Part shown: positions 36,291 to 50,299 of the stretch, in pieces
Layout: every line of letters begins with the position of its first letter
How positions within the stretch are numbered: the stretch's first letter is position 1
Notes under the pieces: generated by a model
What the model was told of the DNA's origin: nothing
Database searches by the model: none
What the model saw: only the letters and a program-made list of their open reading frames with translations
Position numbers and translations under genes: made by a program
DNA from: Hemiscyllium ocellatum
Lineage: Eukaryota
DNA length: 64,000 bases
Direction of reading: 5' to 3'
Assembly: GCF_020745735.1 (NCBI RefSeq)
Contig: NW_026869299.1
Coordinates: 1-64,000 of the forward strand

Positions 36291-38621
36291 ATTGACTTTT
36301 GCTCTAAGTTAGTCTTTTCAGAATTATATAGGTCTCATCTAAATTAACCTCCATGTTTGAAGCCCAGCTGCTTCAATCCCTCCTCATCATGAAAAAAGAC
36401 AGGGATCATCTTTCTCACTGTTTGGTGGCATTGCATTCTGCCTCTAATGCAGTGACTACATTTATAGTCTTGCAGTTCTGTTAAATATTTGTCAAACACA
36501 ACCACGGCTGTCACAGAAAAGGTTAAAGACAGATCAAAACTACATTTAAACTACCATATCAAGCACACTGTCGGCATGTGTTGCATGGAATACACACGCA
36601 TTGCATATTAAAGCTCTCTCAGTACTCATCCATTAAACACTGCAAGGGTTGTTCAGAGATGATTTGCTTATGTGTGTGTGTATGTCTGTGCCTGTAAATG
36701 ATAGTCTACTTGTATAACAAAGTTTCGATGCATAGTGTTGTTCCCATTTATTCTGGTGTCAAGCATTTCAAAATCAGAAAGACAGTGGGTAGGAGTTCAA
36801 ATCCCTTTACACGGCTACATCAAATGTTTTCTGTGATTGTACAGCTCATGTAATGTGCTGGGTAAATCTCCCTCTATATTGTGTTGTCCAATGCAATCAT
36901 GTCAAATATATTTTGGTTTAGACACAGAGTAGAGCTGCATCCAGGATTCCCTAAAAAAACATCCTCCCAGAGTCGATACAGAATAAATTGACCTCTATAA
37001 TATTAAACCTTCCATGAGATGTGCAGCGTAAGGTTAATTGTAGACTAAATATGCATTACATTGAACCATTAAACATTCCTCAGACAAGAATAATAGTGCA
37101 GAGATACAATGAAAACACTAACACAGTAAAGTCTTGCAGCCTCATTCCTATCAAGCGTTTCCAGATCACTCAATGCTCAGACAGATTTTTGAGAAAATCT
37201 TGCCCTGACTCAAATCTCTCGAAAGAAATGGATGAATTTGGCTGAGAGGCAATGTTGGTGAGGTGTTGGCTTCATGTTATGGGGGAAAACATTGTCCGAT
37301 TGTGGAGAGGCAAAACAAGGCATCAGAGATAAAGAAAAAAGGGGGAAGGCAGGAGGGGAAGAGAGAAAAAGAGACACAGAAATATTAGCTGTGCCAATGT
37401 ATCTCTTAATTATAGTTTTTTGACTAAACATGACAATTGATACCTCTGTCATTCAACAATCATACAACTTATGTATTAAAAAGTCTGAACATCAATTAGT
37501 ATTGGAATCCATTGAGTTATTTGCATTTTTTCCACAATTCGTGTGCTGTGCTTGTAGGGAAATATAAATGAGGGTTTTGTGGTTCTGTAATCTATTCTGA
37601 GAATTCTATTTCTGTGTTTATTTACATAAATGCTTAATTGGCTTCAAGGAAGTGATGATGGCAGCAAAGCCAGGTGAATGAAGTGATTTGTTGGTAAGTT
37701 TCAAATCGAAACAAGTTTATTTTAAGAATGTTGACCATTTGCAGAAGTGAATAAAAATTTATGAAGCCGAATTGCAACAGATTTTATTTATTTCTGAAAG
37801 ATAAATAATTTAAAACTTTTATTTAGGTTAACAATTCAGTGCTGAAAATTCTGCAAATTTAGAATATTCACGTGAAATACAGGAACTGCCGCAACAATTA
37901 CATTTAATTGATATAGTTGTTACGAGGTTTCGTTACACGTATTACTTAATGGTAAGGGTCAGCAATGAGTCCCTATCCCCAACTGCCCATTGAATAGCTT
38001 GCTAAAGCCACTTCAGAACACAGTCAATTACTTCCCAGTGGGTCTGGAATCTCATGTCGGCCAGACCATGTAGATGTGACAGATGCCTTGTCATTCGTGA
38101 ACCAGCTGTTTTTGTATTTTTCCATTGACTCGGGTTACATGGTCATCATTTGCCTTCCTTTCTGATTCCAGGATTTCTTTAAATTCAAATTTCACTCTGG
38201 GCAAACGATGATATTCCAAACCCTGTCCATTCAACATCAAAGTGGAGTTCGAGAATACTGGTCCCATGATATCATCACTGTGATCCGAATGTTGGAAATG
38301 CACAGAAAGCACAGAAATGCAAGAAATCTGACACTTTACATCATGAACAAATATTGGAGTGGAATACTGGCAAGAACTCTCTTGCTGTTCACAGCAACAT
38401 CTCAGGAGACTTTGCATCCAATCACCAATCTAAAATCTGTCTGAAGAGCCTGACTCACCGTCATTTGCATTTGTTGAATTCTTCACTGAATTATGAAAGC
38501 GTTAGTCACATATCCCAAGAAGGTGGTCATCAGCTCCCTTTTTGAGGCCTGCCATCTTGCTCGGCTAATTATGGTTGATCTTTCTTAAGAAGCTTTATTA
38601 CAACCAAATGGCTTCTCAGTC

Positions 38622-38835
38622 GAGACTGTGTTGCTGGAAAAGTACAGCAGGTCAGGCAGCATCCGAGGAGCAGGAGAATCGACGTTTTGGGCATAAAGCC
38701 TTTATTAAGATACCTGATGTAGTTGTTATGCCTGGAACGTTGATTCTCCTGCCCCTTGGATGCTGCCTGACCTGCTGTGCTTTTCCAGCACTACATTCTC
38801 AGATCTCCAGCACCTGCAGTCCTCACTTTCTCCTG
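38622..38835. mobile_element. Fold-back Penelope-derived insertion
   Basis: Inverted GCTGGAAAAG..CAGCAGGTCAGGCAGCATCC / GGATGCTGCCTGACCTGCTG..CTTTTCCAGC arms; degenerate flanking repeat ATGGCTTCTCAGTC / ATGGGTTTCTTAGTC. Confidence 0.78.
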
Positions 38836-39149
38836 ATGGGTTTCTTAGTCAGGTTCGGCACAGGAAAGGAACCATCGCCTTTTTGTTGAACAGGTAGGGA
38901 AGGCCAGGTAGGAAGGTCGCACATCCTCCTCTGAAGGACAATACTGAACCATGTAACATGCTTCAAAACTTTGGTAGGTCTGTGATTATCATTCATTACT
39001 TCAGCAGTTTCATTTCATACTCTTTCATTAATTGAAGCTACTATGGTATAGTTTGATTCTGGAACTTTACTCCAAACCTTTTGATTGCTTATTACATGCT
39101 CATAATGCCTCCTTAACCACTTTCTCAAACTGTCATGTTAGCTTCAATG

Positions 39150-41240
39150 ATTTTTTTATTGACTCATGGAACACGGTGGTTGCTTTTAGTTGTCGGTAGG
39201 TGTCCTTCAGAAGATGGCAGAAAGCTGCCTTTCTGAAATAACATGTTCCAAAATGACCTGAGGAAGGGAATTCCAGATTTTGACCCAGTTACAGTAAAAG
39301 ATCGATGATATATTTCCATGTCAGGATGCTGAGTAGTTTAGAGAGGAGCTTACACTGGTGCTCCCATGTGTCTGCTGTTCTTATCCATCGAAATGCAAGT
39401 GGGAAGGTACCATGTAAGGAAGTGGCTAAGTTACTGCAGTGCAGTATTTTAGATAGTGCATACGGCTGGTATGCCTGAAGAAGGGCTTATGCCCGAAACA
39501 TCGATTCTCCTGCTCCTTGGATGCTGCCTGACCTGCTGCGCTTTTCTAGCAACACATTTTTCAGCATATGGCAGGTACTAAGCATCAGATTTGGAGGCAA
39601 TGGACGCTTGTGGATGTGCTGCTGATCAAGTGGGATGCTTTGTCCTGGACAATGCCTAGCTTCTTGAGTGCAGTTGAAGGTGCTCCTGTCCAGTCAAAGG
39701 GCGAGCTGTGCTATTACCCTCCTGACTTCTGTCTCTTAGACAGTCAGTTGGCTTTGCAAGTCAGGAGGGTGAGTTACTCGCTGCAGTATTCCTAGCCTCT
39801 GGCCTGCTCTTACAACCATTGAATTTATATGGAGTGTCCAGCTCAATTTCTAATGAACAATAAAACCCAGGATGTAACACTATTGAATGTCAAGGGGTTT
39901 TGGTTAGATTGTCTCTTATTGTCAATGGTCATTGTCTCGCAGGTTTGTGGTGTGAATGCTATTTGCCACTTGTCAGCTCAAGGCTGGAAATTGTCCAGAT
40001 TTTGTTGCGTTTGAATGTGGACTGAGCAGTCCCAAAAAAAGTGCTAGATCAATGCAGATTTCACTTCTGACTTTCTGAGGGAGGGAAAGTCATTGCTGAA
40101 GCAGCTGAACATGATTGGGCCAAGGACACTTTCTTTAGGAACTCCAACAGAGATTTGCTTTGGCTGAGACGACTGCCCTCTAACAAGCAGAGCCACCTTC
40201 CAATGTGTGAGGTCTGACTGCAGGCAGCAGGGAGGTTGTCACCTGATACCCATTGAATCCAGTTTTGCTAGGACTCCATAATATCACACTCTGTCGAATG
40301 TGACCTTAATGTGAAGGGCTGTCACTCTTCCCTCATTTCTGGAATTCAGTTCTTTGTCCATGTTTAAATCAACTAGGAGAAAGTGAGGACCGCAGATGCT
40401 GGAGATCAGAGCTTAAAAATGTGTTGCTGGAAAAGCGCAGCAGGTCAGGCAGCATCAAAGGAGCAGGAGAATCGGTGTTTCGGGCATAAGCCCTTCTTCA
40501 GGAATCAGGCTTCAGAAGGGCTTATGCCCAAAACGTCGATTCTCCTGCTCCTTTGATGCTGCCTGACCTGCTGCGCTTTTCCAGCAACACATTTTTAAGC
40601 CATGTTTAAATCAAGTCTGTAATTCAGTCATGAGCTGAGTAGGCCTTGCGTAACCCACATTTTATGTCACTGAGCAGGTTATTACTGAGCTAGTGCTGCT
40701 TGATAGCACTGTTGAAAGCACCTTCCTACACCTAACTCATGATTGAGCATGGACTGATGGAGCAGTAATTCGCCAGGGTGGTTTGACCTATTTTCTGTGC
40801 ACAGGACATGCCTGGCCTATTTTCCACATTGTCCATGCCAGTATTGTAGCTGTACTGGGAGTGCTTGGCTAGCACAAGTCAGCAGTATTATTGCCAGAAT
40901 TTTGTCAGGCTCCATAGCATTTGCAGTAACCAGTGCCCCCCGCCCAACAGTGCCTTGATTTCACATGGAGAGAAGCGAATTCCCTGAAGACAGGTATCTG
41001 TGATATTGGTGATCTATAGAAGATGCCGAGATGGATCAGACAATTGGCACTTCTGGCTGACATTTGCTGTGAATGCTTCAGCCTTAACTTTTGCGCTGAT
41101 GTGTTGTGCTCTCCAAAGCAGAGCAAGGGGATATCTGTGGAGCTTATTCCTTCAATGAGTTGTTTAATTATCAACTTTAGTTCATGACTTGATGTGGCAG
41201 CACTGCAGGCTCAAACCCCAGTTTCCTAAAGTAATGGTCT
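39150..41240 (-). mobile_element. Old non-LTR retrotransposon (CR1/L2-group) fragment, interrupted by Penelope-derived insertions at 39474-39565 and 40373-40599
   Basis: The minus strand gives degenerate RT/3' motifs of a common shark LINE; many stops. Confidence 0.6.
40373..40599. mobile_element. Fold-back Penelope-derived insertion with a perfect 15-bp TSD
   Basis: CCATGTTTAAATCAA at 40358-40372 and 40600-40614; ~85-bp inverted arms. Confidence 0.9.
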
Positions 41241-41429
41241 AGCCACAATATCTCCAGACTATAACTCCAACCCACACTCCATGATGTGGATATGCACAAC
41301 AGAAGATCGCTTATCCTTTGTATTTGTAGATTCCAACAATGCATCGTATATTCACTTCATTTGTTAGTCTTGAAAATGCTTTACTTCACAGACTTTAGGA
41401 TATAATGTTCTGTTTTCAATTCTTCTCTC

Positions 41430-41880
41430 CAACAGGCAAGGTCATCGATGTCACACTAGCTTTCCTCCTCATTAATTGCAAAACCAAACGTTTTTCACCT
41501 CATCTTTGAACTTACTGATCAAAATTGCTACATTCTTGACTAGATCGTTCATATACGCTGCAAACAGCAAAGGATCCAGCACCAAGTCGTATAGTAAGCC
41601 ACTGGACACAAGATGTCTTCACAATGACTACCTTCGACCATTACCTTCTGCCAACAAATAAACCTTCGATGCATTTGCCAAACTGCACCAGATCCCATGA
41701 ACCCTTAGTATATTGAAGATGCAAGATCTGGTCAAAAACCTGATTGAAGTCAAGAAGCATTACATCCACTTTTTACACCCGATGGCACATCTCATTGCCT
41801 CTCCGGAAAACAGAATCAACCACTTCCGATATGATCTCACTTCCACCAAAGCCCTGCTGAATTTTATTGCTTAAATGTTA
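41430..41880 (-). mobile_element. CR1-group LINE RT fragment
   Basis: Minus strand VSSG..VLDPLLFAAYMNDL..LISKFKD-like. Confidence 0.7.
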
Positions 41881-43150
41881 CAATTCCAACTTTTAATGAA
41901 TGCTGTCTCTTAGATTTATTTATTACCTTCCCTCAAGCTTTCTACTTTTAAACATAGGTTTATGAGCGAAACTACATATTGTCATTTCGCTCCTTTCACC
42001 CGATGATATCTCTTCTTATCTCTCTGACAGATAATTTACTCTAGCTGAAATAATCTTGTGTCTCTTCTGCTTCATTCTGGAAAATGGGAATGGAATTGAA
42101 TACAATGTTGAGACCACCAGCAAACTGTCCGTTTGTTCTTGACACTGTCAGTGTGTGTTCACCCTCAGAGGTAGGAAGACTGTTTGTGCTGATAATACGG
42201 AAAGTAGCGCCTGATGTATCATTCTCAGCTGGCGCGCAACTTCCTGTTTCTATGTGCCAGCAGCAAGCCACACATCTCACTTCTGATCAGAAAATAAACC
42301 CAGGGGATACAATCTGGCAGAAACATCTGCCAATGTGGCCTAGATCAGGACACAGAGTGTGAAGTGATCACATTGAAGTGACATTTGCAAATCGACCTTT
42401 CGATCTCTATTTCACGGTCTGATTCCAGGACGTCGTTGGACGAGTCTCTCGACGATCTAACAAGCTCATTCGATTCACTAACGTCTGGAACACATTGACA
42501 TGCACCTTTCCATGTCTTTGATCTTGTACTACTTGTTACTCCCTCTTCAGATTTAATGTTCCCAGCTTTTGATTCTGTCTTCTGTATCCATCACCTTCCC
42601 ACCCAAATACATTCTGTTTGATCTATTTCCTAAATTTTGATCAACTAAACAAATAATACAGTTTAGTACAGACAGGTATGTTGGTGTGTCCGATTAACAG
42701 AATCAATATATGGAGAGATCACCTTGGCTGTATCTAAATCTGACCAACATTGAATTCAAATAAACCACAGCACTGTGTGGTTTCAAACCTTGCAAATCTT
42801 CTCTCTTTGATAGAGCTTGTTCTAACAGTTAATTCTTGTCTTGATTATTTCAGAAACTATAACTAAAAATTCCTATTTTTAACCAAGTTTCAAATATTAT
42901 TAAAAGTTGCAGCACTGGCATTTCCTACAGTGAGCTTTGTGGTGTTTAAATGTTCTGGTCAAAATTTGCTTCAAGCAGAAGACTGAACCATTGGTTTCTC
43001 TGAGTTCCCAGCCACTGCCCTTGCAGTTCCATAATAACTGCAAGCTATTGATAAGCCCCAGAATGAACAGAATGTCCAGGCCCTGTACACATCCAAACGC
43101 CATGATGGAGGCCTCGAAGCCCTCAGTTTCTTCCTGTCATGCCAACCCAA

Positions 43151-44176
43151 GCAGTACATGCTCAACCTCAACTACATTTCCTTTCAATCCTCCCACTTCC
43201 TCCAAACCAAAGGGGTAGCCATGGACCCCAGCTATGCCTGCCTCTTCGTCAGATATGTGGAACAGTCAATCTTCCACAGCTACACCGGTATCATTGCCCA
43301 CCTTTACCACCGCTACATTGATGACTGTATCAATGCCACCTCATGCAACCACTAGGAGGTTGAACAGTTCATTAACTTTACGAAAACCTTCCACCCTGAC
43401 CTAAACTTTACAGGGACCATCTCGGACACCTCCCTCCCTTTCCTAGACCTCTCCATCTCTATCTCCAGTGACCAACTAAACATTTACTACAAGCCCACTG
43501 ACTCCCACAGCTACCTGGACTACACCTCCTCCCACCCGACCTCAGGTAAAAATGCCATCCTTTATTCTCAATTCCTCTGCCTCCACCGCATCTGCTCCCA
43601 GGAGGTCCAGTTCCACCATAAAACATCCCAGATCCTTTATCAAAGAATGCAATTTCCCCTCCCACGTGGTCGATGATGCCCTTGAACCCCATCCCTCCAA
43701 TCGCAACAGGGAGCCCTCCTGGTCCTCATCTTCCACCGCACCAACCTTGCATACATCATATCATCCTCTGCTGCTTCCACCACTGTAAACAGACCCCATC
43801 ACTCGGGGTATATTTCCCTCCCTACACCTATCTGCATTCCGGAGACACCATTCCCTCCACGACTCCCTCGTCAGGTCCATGCCCCCCACCAGCCCACTCC
43901 CCACCCCTGTCACCTTCCCCTGTCACCACAGGAAGTGCAAAACCTGCGCCCACACCTCCCCCCCACCTCCGACAAGGCCCCAAATGATCCTTCCACATCC
44001 CACAGAAACTTATCTATACTTCCACAAATGTCATCCACTGTGTCTGTTCCACCCGATGTGGTCTCCTCTGCATCAGGGAGACAGGACACTAACTTGCGGA
44101 TCATTTCAGAGAACATCTCTGGGACACCCGTGCCAACCAACCCCACGGCCCCGTGGCTGAACACTTTAACTCCCCC
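43151..44176 (+). mobile_element. Decayed Penelope-like fragment (duplicate of 380-1405)
   Basis: Same ORF-track peptides at offset 42771. Confidence 0.85.
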
Positions 44177-44730
44177 TCCCACTCCACCAAGAACAGCCGG
44201 TCATATTCCTGTTCAATTCCAATGAATAAATACAAAATAACCGAGTCTGAATTTGGGATGATATTAATAGGATTTATTTCAATCTAAGCATGAACAGATT
44301 ATTTTGACTTAACAGGTGGAGAGATTCACTTCCTGAAAAAGCAGCTCAAGTGATATAAGCTGGCACCAAACCGAGTTTGGTCAATACTGAGGCAAAACTA
44401 CAGCATCCAGTCTTGAGTGAAATAAATAAAGAAACTATCTTAACCCCAGAACAAGATAGAGTGTATTAAATATGAACAAAGACTCGAGTATTTTAGGATA
44501 TAATAGAAAAGTAATTTATAGTATATTGAAATGCAAACAGAGATGTGAAGTCTCTACATTCTTCCTAGCTAAATTAATCATTTCAGAAATTTGTTAATTT
44601 TCATGTGTCACTCGTCGGTCCATTCCACGAACCTTGCGAGGTCCTTGTTAAATTCTGAACCATCAGGCGATGGTTCACAGTGGTTGCGAGTTTCATGTTA
44701 CAGCAAATTGTGATGTTGTCCACTGTATGC

Positions 44731-47517
44731 CAATGTCTTAGTTAAAAATTTGAAGCAATCACAGCTCCAAACATTTACAAAATATCACTATGGATCTTCC
44801 TTGAGTCCAAAAAAAATCCCTTTGATCAATGATTTCTAAAATTTGTTCCCATATCTTTTTTTGAAGGACGTTTTCAAATAACTTGAAGTGCAAATGGTTC
44901 ACATCAGTCGGAATACAGTAACATTTCATGTGTTACCCCACACAAAAAAATCAAGCAATTTTGTTATCACGAGTTGTTCTAAGCAAGTCTAGGATGGACT
45001 GTTTTATCAAACAAAATCATTTCCAATGTTGTGAGGGCCCGTCTATCTTCTGTGCAATGGTCTGAATTTTGTATCTGAATGCAGATGTAACTGGCTGCTC
45101 TGGGTAAAAGTACAGTTTGTGCCTTTCACATTGTTAATGTATATTGCTGACTTTAGTTGAATAAAGTGATGTTGTCCCAGGCATCGTCTGGCACCATTAA
45201 TTAGACCATTAATTTCCACATCGCTAGCCGGAGAGTCAGGTGGAGTTTATTGATATCATTGAACCGAAGGCTTGGAATATTTCCGGTATGAATCATGTGA
45301 ATTAGAGCCTCTGAACGAGACAAAGTAGGAAAGATGAATTGAGGAAGGATGAAGTTTTCACGACAGAGATCACTTCGCCCATTACACCTGTATCATGTGA
45401 AAACAGAACCTTCCAGCCAACACCCACTTTATAGCATGTTGTCCATAACCCTGCAGGTGATAGCACTTGAAGTAAACATTCGGGAACATTGTGTAGGGTC
45501 TAATCCATTATCAACATAGATATGATCTCCAATGCTGTAAATCCTGGCTTATGGGGAAAAAAGTAGGGGCAGAACGCCCATTTCTAAACGTTGTTTCTCA
45601 GGACGTTTTGACAATTCTTGACTTAATATCATTGTAAACTGACATGAAAAAAATGCAGACATGTTCCCCAGAAACGCTGACAGCAACATACCTTTACTCA
45701 GTCAAGATCAGCAACATGAATTAAGAAAGTTTTTAAAAATCTTTCTTTTAACTGATTATTGACAACACGGATTTCACAAAGTGAGAAGTACAGAAGGGAA
45801 GGGGGGAGGGCTGGGTGTGGACGATGTTCACTTGTGAGAAACAAAGCTCACACACTTCAATAATTTCAGTCCGAGACAAAATCTGAATCAGTGGTGCCCT
45901 TTATTTTACTCTTGCAAGACGGTGTGATGTCCACTGTCCACAAGGCAGGGACACACACACTGAATTCAACTAATACACGATATTTATGTAATTTGGTTTC
46001 TATTTTTTTATTTCATTGCTCCTCCCCTGTTTACATCTTCCACTTCCCTAAGAGCGGCGCCATCCTTGTCTGTGACAAATGCTTATTTCTGGCCTCACAA
46101 GGCTGTTTGACCTCATCCCGCTGTGGCCCATTGTTAGGCATATCCTTTCTTCACTATTATCTATTCCCTCCATCTGTGCCTTCCCCTACCATACTGATCC
46201 TTATGACCCTTTTAATTGGGGTTTGTTCCTGTGTTTCAGTAAAAGTGGGAAACAAATGTTTATACCTACTGTTTGTACAGGCATATCTAGCTTAACTCCC
46301 TCCCCTCACAGCATCTTATCTATTCGTCTGTAATATCTACCATTGTTTTGCAGTCACGTTTCATTCTTGCATACAATTTTAGTGAATACAAAAACAATTA
46401 TGTATTTCCTCTATATAGTTTCCATTCTTGTTGACTCAGCTCTTGGCTGAAACAATTACACACTGGTGTGAGTTCATTTACTTTGTATAAGTAATTATAA
46501 TTGCAGAAGTAACACTACTTTACCTATATCCCACACACTGCTCCCTGATGTCTGGTTGCATTTGTGAGCAACAGGTGAACCTGCGAACCAGATTCAGGAT
46601 GGTACCGCAGGTATTTCAGCAGATACTGTGTAAACGGAATTCTCCCATAAATCAGCAATGACATGAACATTTATTTTTTATGGTGTTTGAAGCCAAATAA
46701 AATTGAACAATATAGTGGGACAAGTTCCTTTCATTTCTTTGAACTAGTATCAAGGGACACTCTCTGTGGACCTGGAGTGGCAGGAGGATCTTTAACAGCA
46801 GAATGTGAGGGAACAAAGTTACCGTTGGAAATCCAGATAGACTGGAACTTGTTTCACTGGAGGGTGAGAGTTTGGGGGGTGACCTCATATAAGTTTATAA
46901 AGCCATGAGTGGAAAGGTGAATGGCTCTAATTTACATGATTCATCCTGGAAATGTACGAAGCTTTCGTTTCAAAAATATCACATATCAATAAACTCCACC
47001 TGATCCTCTGGCGAGCGATGTGGAAATTAATGGTCTAATTAATGGTGCCAGACGATGCCTGGGGCAACATCCCTTTATTCAACTAAAGTCAGCAATATAC
47101 ATTAACAATGTGAAAGGCGCAAACTGTACTTTTACCCAGAGCAGCCAGTTTCATCTGCAGTCAGACACAACTTCAAAATTCAGACCATTGCACAGAAGAT
47201 AGACAAGCCCTCACAACACTGGAAATGATTTTGTTTGATAAAAGAATTCATCGTAGACTTCCTCAGAGCAACTCATGTCAACAAACTTGTTTTTTTTGTG
47301 TGTGGGGTAACACACGAAATGTCACTTTAATACGATTGATGTGAACCACTTGCATTTCAGAAGTTATTTGAAAACGTCCATCACATTAGATACGCGAATA
47401 AATTTTACAAATCATTGATCAAAGGGGACAATCTTTTTTGGACTCAAGGAAGATCCATAGTAATATTTTGTAAATGTTTGGAGCTGGGATTGTTTTCAAT
47501 TTTTGACCCAGACATTG
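44731..47517. repeat. ~580-bp inverted repeat pair in copy 2 (arms 44731-45309 and 46923-47517)
   Basis: Duplicate of 1960-2539 / 4153-4747. Confidence 0.92.
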
Positions 47518-49708
47518 TCGTATTTTCCCTATGGTGGGGGATTTCAACAATAGGGAACATGTTTTACAATGAGAGGAGAAAAATTTTTAAAACGATATCA
47601 GAGACAACTTTTTACACAGAGAATGGTTTGTGTCTGGGATGATCTGGTGGTGGATACTTACAACCTATAGAAGACATTTGGATAAGTAAATGAATATCAA
47701 ATGTTTGGAAGGATATGGGCCAAGTACACACAGGTGGGATTAGTTTAGTTTGGGATTATGACTGGCATGGACTGGTTGGACTGAAGTGTCTGTTTCCATG
47801 CTGAATCACTCCATGACTCTATGACTATTTATCAATTTTTCTCAATATTAAACAGTGCTGCAGTGATCCTCGAATGAACTGTTGATGTTTAGGTTGTGTC
47901 TGAGACTCTGCGAATATTTCCTTCAATGAGAGGAGGGACTAGTTCTCCAAGTTTCACAACTGAAAAATAAACTTTTCTCCAGTATTGTTGCTGAGTAGAT
48001 TTGTTTCTGCAGAGGCAGTGGTTATGGTTTGCAGTTTGCTTTCCACCAACTGGTCAACAGTGAGACAAAATATCTTTGATCCCCTGCAGAAACTCCACCT
48101 GCTTCCAGTAAATGAACCTGGGAACTCAAGGACCTTTTCTGCAGTCAGCTTAATTGCTGCCAACTATTGTATCTGGCCGATTAAAGGGAAAATGAATCAA
48201 CTAAAGTAAAATCCTACCAAACAAACTATATTTTCCCATTTACTCACAATGGATACATTTCACTTGGCATTTCTTCTTTAAAAAGGAAAGTCACTGAATA
48301 CAGCATTCACCGTATGACTATCAGAAACAGGACATTGAATGCAATGACATTCTGGTTAGTTCAGCCTGTTTATTGAGTATCTTTAAAGCTCCTGAATATG
48401 AAGTTAATGGATCCAAAATCCCACATTGCAGTAACATTTGTTATCATCTCAAAGTAAATTAACAAACTTGAATTGGTTCAAACTCACATCACTTGGTACA
48501 CCATTCTCTGATTCATTTATCTCATTAAAACTGAGTGGGCCCTTTATACATGGTTAACACTGGTGTCGTGTAACAGTGAATTTCTGCTTATTTTTATGAG
48601 TTAACTGCCCCTGTCAGAGCTATCAGTGAGCAGAGAAATGTACTGTTTATAACCTACATTCGTGGTAATGATTATTGTAATACTCTCTAATTTAACCAAA
48701 CACTCCTGATGTACCCAGACAGTTACCTGCAATGGTTTAGATGTTGAGGATTTTTTTTAAAAAAACGTATGGACTGTCCTGTTCTAGTTCATTAGATGCT
48801 CTTTCAAAAGTTTACCTAGGTGTTATGTATCACTGCCAACTCACTTTTTGTTTCTCAGGCACACAGCTTTCCTTTACTATGCATTTTAAAAAATTTGAAA
48901 AAAAAGATGCAAGGAGAGACATTCTGCAATGTAAGGAGGTGCTTCTAATCTCCGGGTCCAAGCTGTTTAGTGACATCCACTCACATTCTGAACATAATCA
49001 CTTTAGACCTGCTCCATATTAGGTTGCCTAAATGGAATTTAGAAACGCAGATTAGAAATGGGATGTTATTTTGTAAAGTGAGAGAGAGGTTGAGTGACAG
49101 CAAAAATAAAGTCACTCATTTTGTTGGTTAATAATATGATTGAAGTTCTTTTTAGCTTTATCTGCTTGTGGTGGAATGTAGAATTAAAGGGAGTTAACTT
49201 CTAATTGAATATTCTGAATATAATCACTTTGGACACGCTCTGTATTCAGTTGCCTAAATTGAATTTTGAAATGTTTAGTATGAATTACATGTTATTTTGT
49301 AGTGGGACTGAGACTGGCAGTGTCCTGGGGAAAAAAAACTCAATTGTTTTACTAGCTAGTAATACGTTTGAACTTTGATTTTAGTTTTATCTGTTTGTGA
49401 ATGAATGTAGAAATAAAGGGAGCTAACTTCCGAATGAATTTATTTTAAAACAAAATACTTGCAACTATCATGTGAAATAGACCTGAAGGTACTCAATTTT
49501 ACTTCCACCATTTAAAAAAAAACACTCCCAAAGAAGCTACTCAGCAAAATAAATATCCCAAGATGTGTATATATCCATGTTTAAGCGTAACCTGGTAAAT
49601 ACATGAGCCCATGTGTTGGGGCTGTGCAAGCTGAGACCAGGATCCAGTCTCAGCCTCCAGCAGGAAACCAACAGGCGGAAGCTGTGAGCCTGCCCTTTCC
49701 GATGGCCA

Positions 49709-49714
49709 TATAAA
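49709..49714 (+). promoter_or_regulatory. Putative TATA box of the VH promoter (copy 2)
   Basis: TATAAA about 90 bp upstream of the ATG at 49802. Confidence 0.6.
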
Positions 49715-49801
49715 TCCTAGGCACTGGACCGTAATTCAACACTCCGGGATCGGCTTTGTTTAGAAAGATCTTGACAGAACCGCTTCCCAGAAGTTATCAG
49801 A

Positions 49802-49850
49802 ATGATTGTGTCGACAATTTTTCTCAGTTTATTACTGACTTTCTTATCAT
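49802..49850 (+). CDS. IGHV: IgH V leader exon (copy 2)
   Basis: Identical to 7031-7079; GTGAGT donor at 49851. Confidence 0.96.
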
Positions 49851-49955
49851 GTGAGTGTTTTTTTGTTTAAGTCTGTCTTTGTTGCTGTCTCAATGTTAGT
49901 CTACCTCAGGAATGTAAAAGTAATGCTCATGGTTTATTTCTTGTCTTTTTTAAAG

Positions 49956-50260
49956 GTGTCCAGTCGGAGATTGTTTTGACCCAGCCAGAGGCAGAGACTG
50001 GCCATCCCGGAAGCAGCCTGACACTGACCTGTAAAACCAGCGGGTTCGATCTCAGCAGCAGCTACATGCACTGGGTCCGCCAGGTTCCCGGCCAGGGTCT
50101 GGAGTGGCTGCTTTGGTACTATAGTTCATCCAGCAATAACTATGCACCAGCGATTCAGGGTCGATTTACTGCGTCCAAAGACAATTCAAACAACATTTTC
50201 TCGTTGAAAATGACTAACCTGAAGATCGAAGACACCGCCATCTATTACTGTGCAAGATAC
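49956..50260 (+). CDS. IGHV: IgM-type VH exon (copy 2), unrearranged; mature N-terminus EIVLTQ
   Basis: AG acceptor at 49954-49955 and an open frame. Differs from copy 1 only at 49970 (G>A, Val2Ile). Confidence 0.97.
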
Positions 50261-50299
50261 CACAGCGAGAGGAACCAGGGCTGGACCCGTTCAAAAACA
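50261..50299 (+). promoter_or_regulatory. VH RSS, 23-bp spacer (copy 2)
   Basis: CACAGCG - 23 nt - TCAAAAACA. Confidence 0.93.

Noticed and set aside
42031-42500. Exon-like interval (AG at 42030, GT at 42171) and neighbouring CpG-containing ORFs
   Set aside because: Stops occur in all three frames from the acceptor and I recognise no protein family; unsupported without a search.
13182-42771. Numerous 60-215-aa ORFs in the track as host genes
   Set aside because: Those I could interpret map to CR1, Penelope, SINE or satellite sequence (often antisense or alternative frames); none showed a supported host exon structure.
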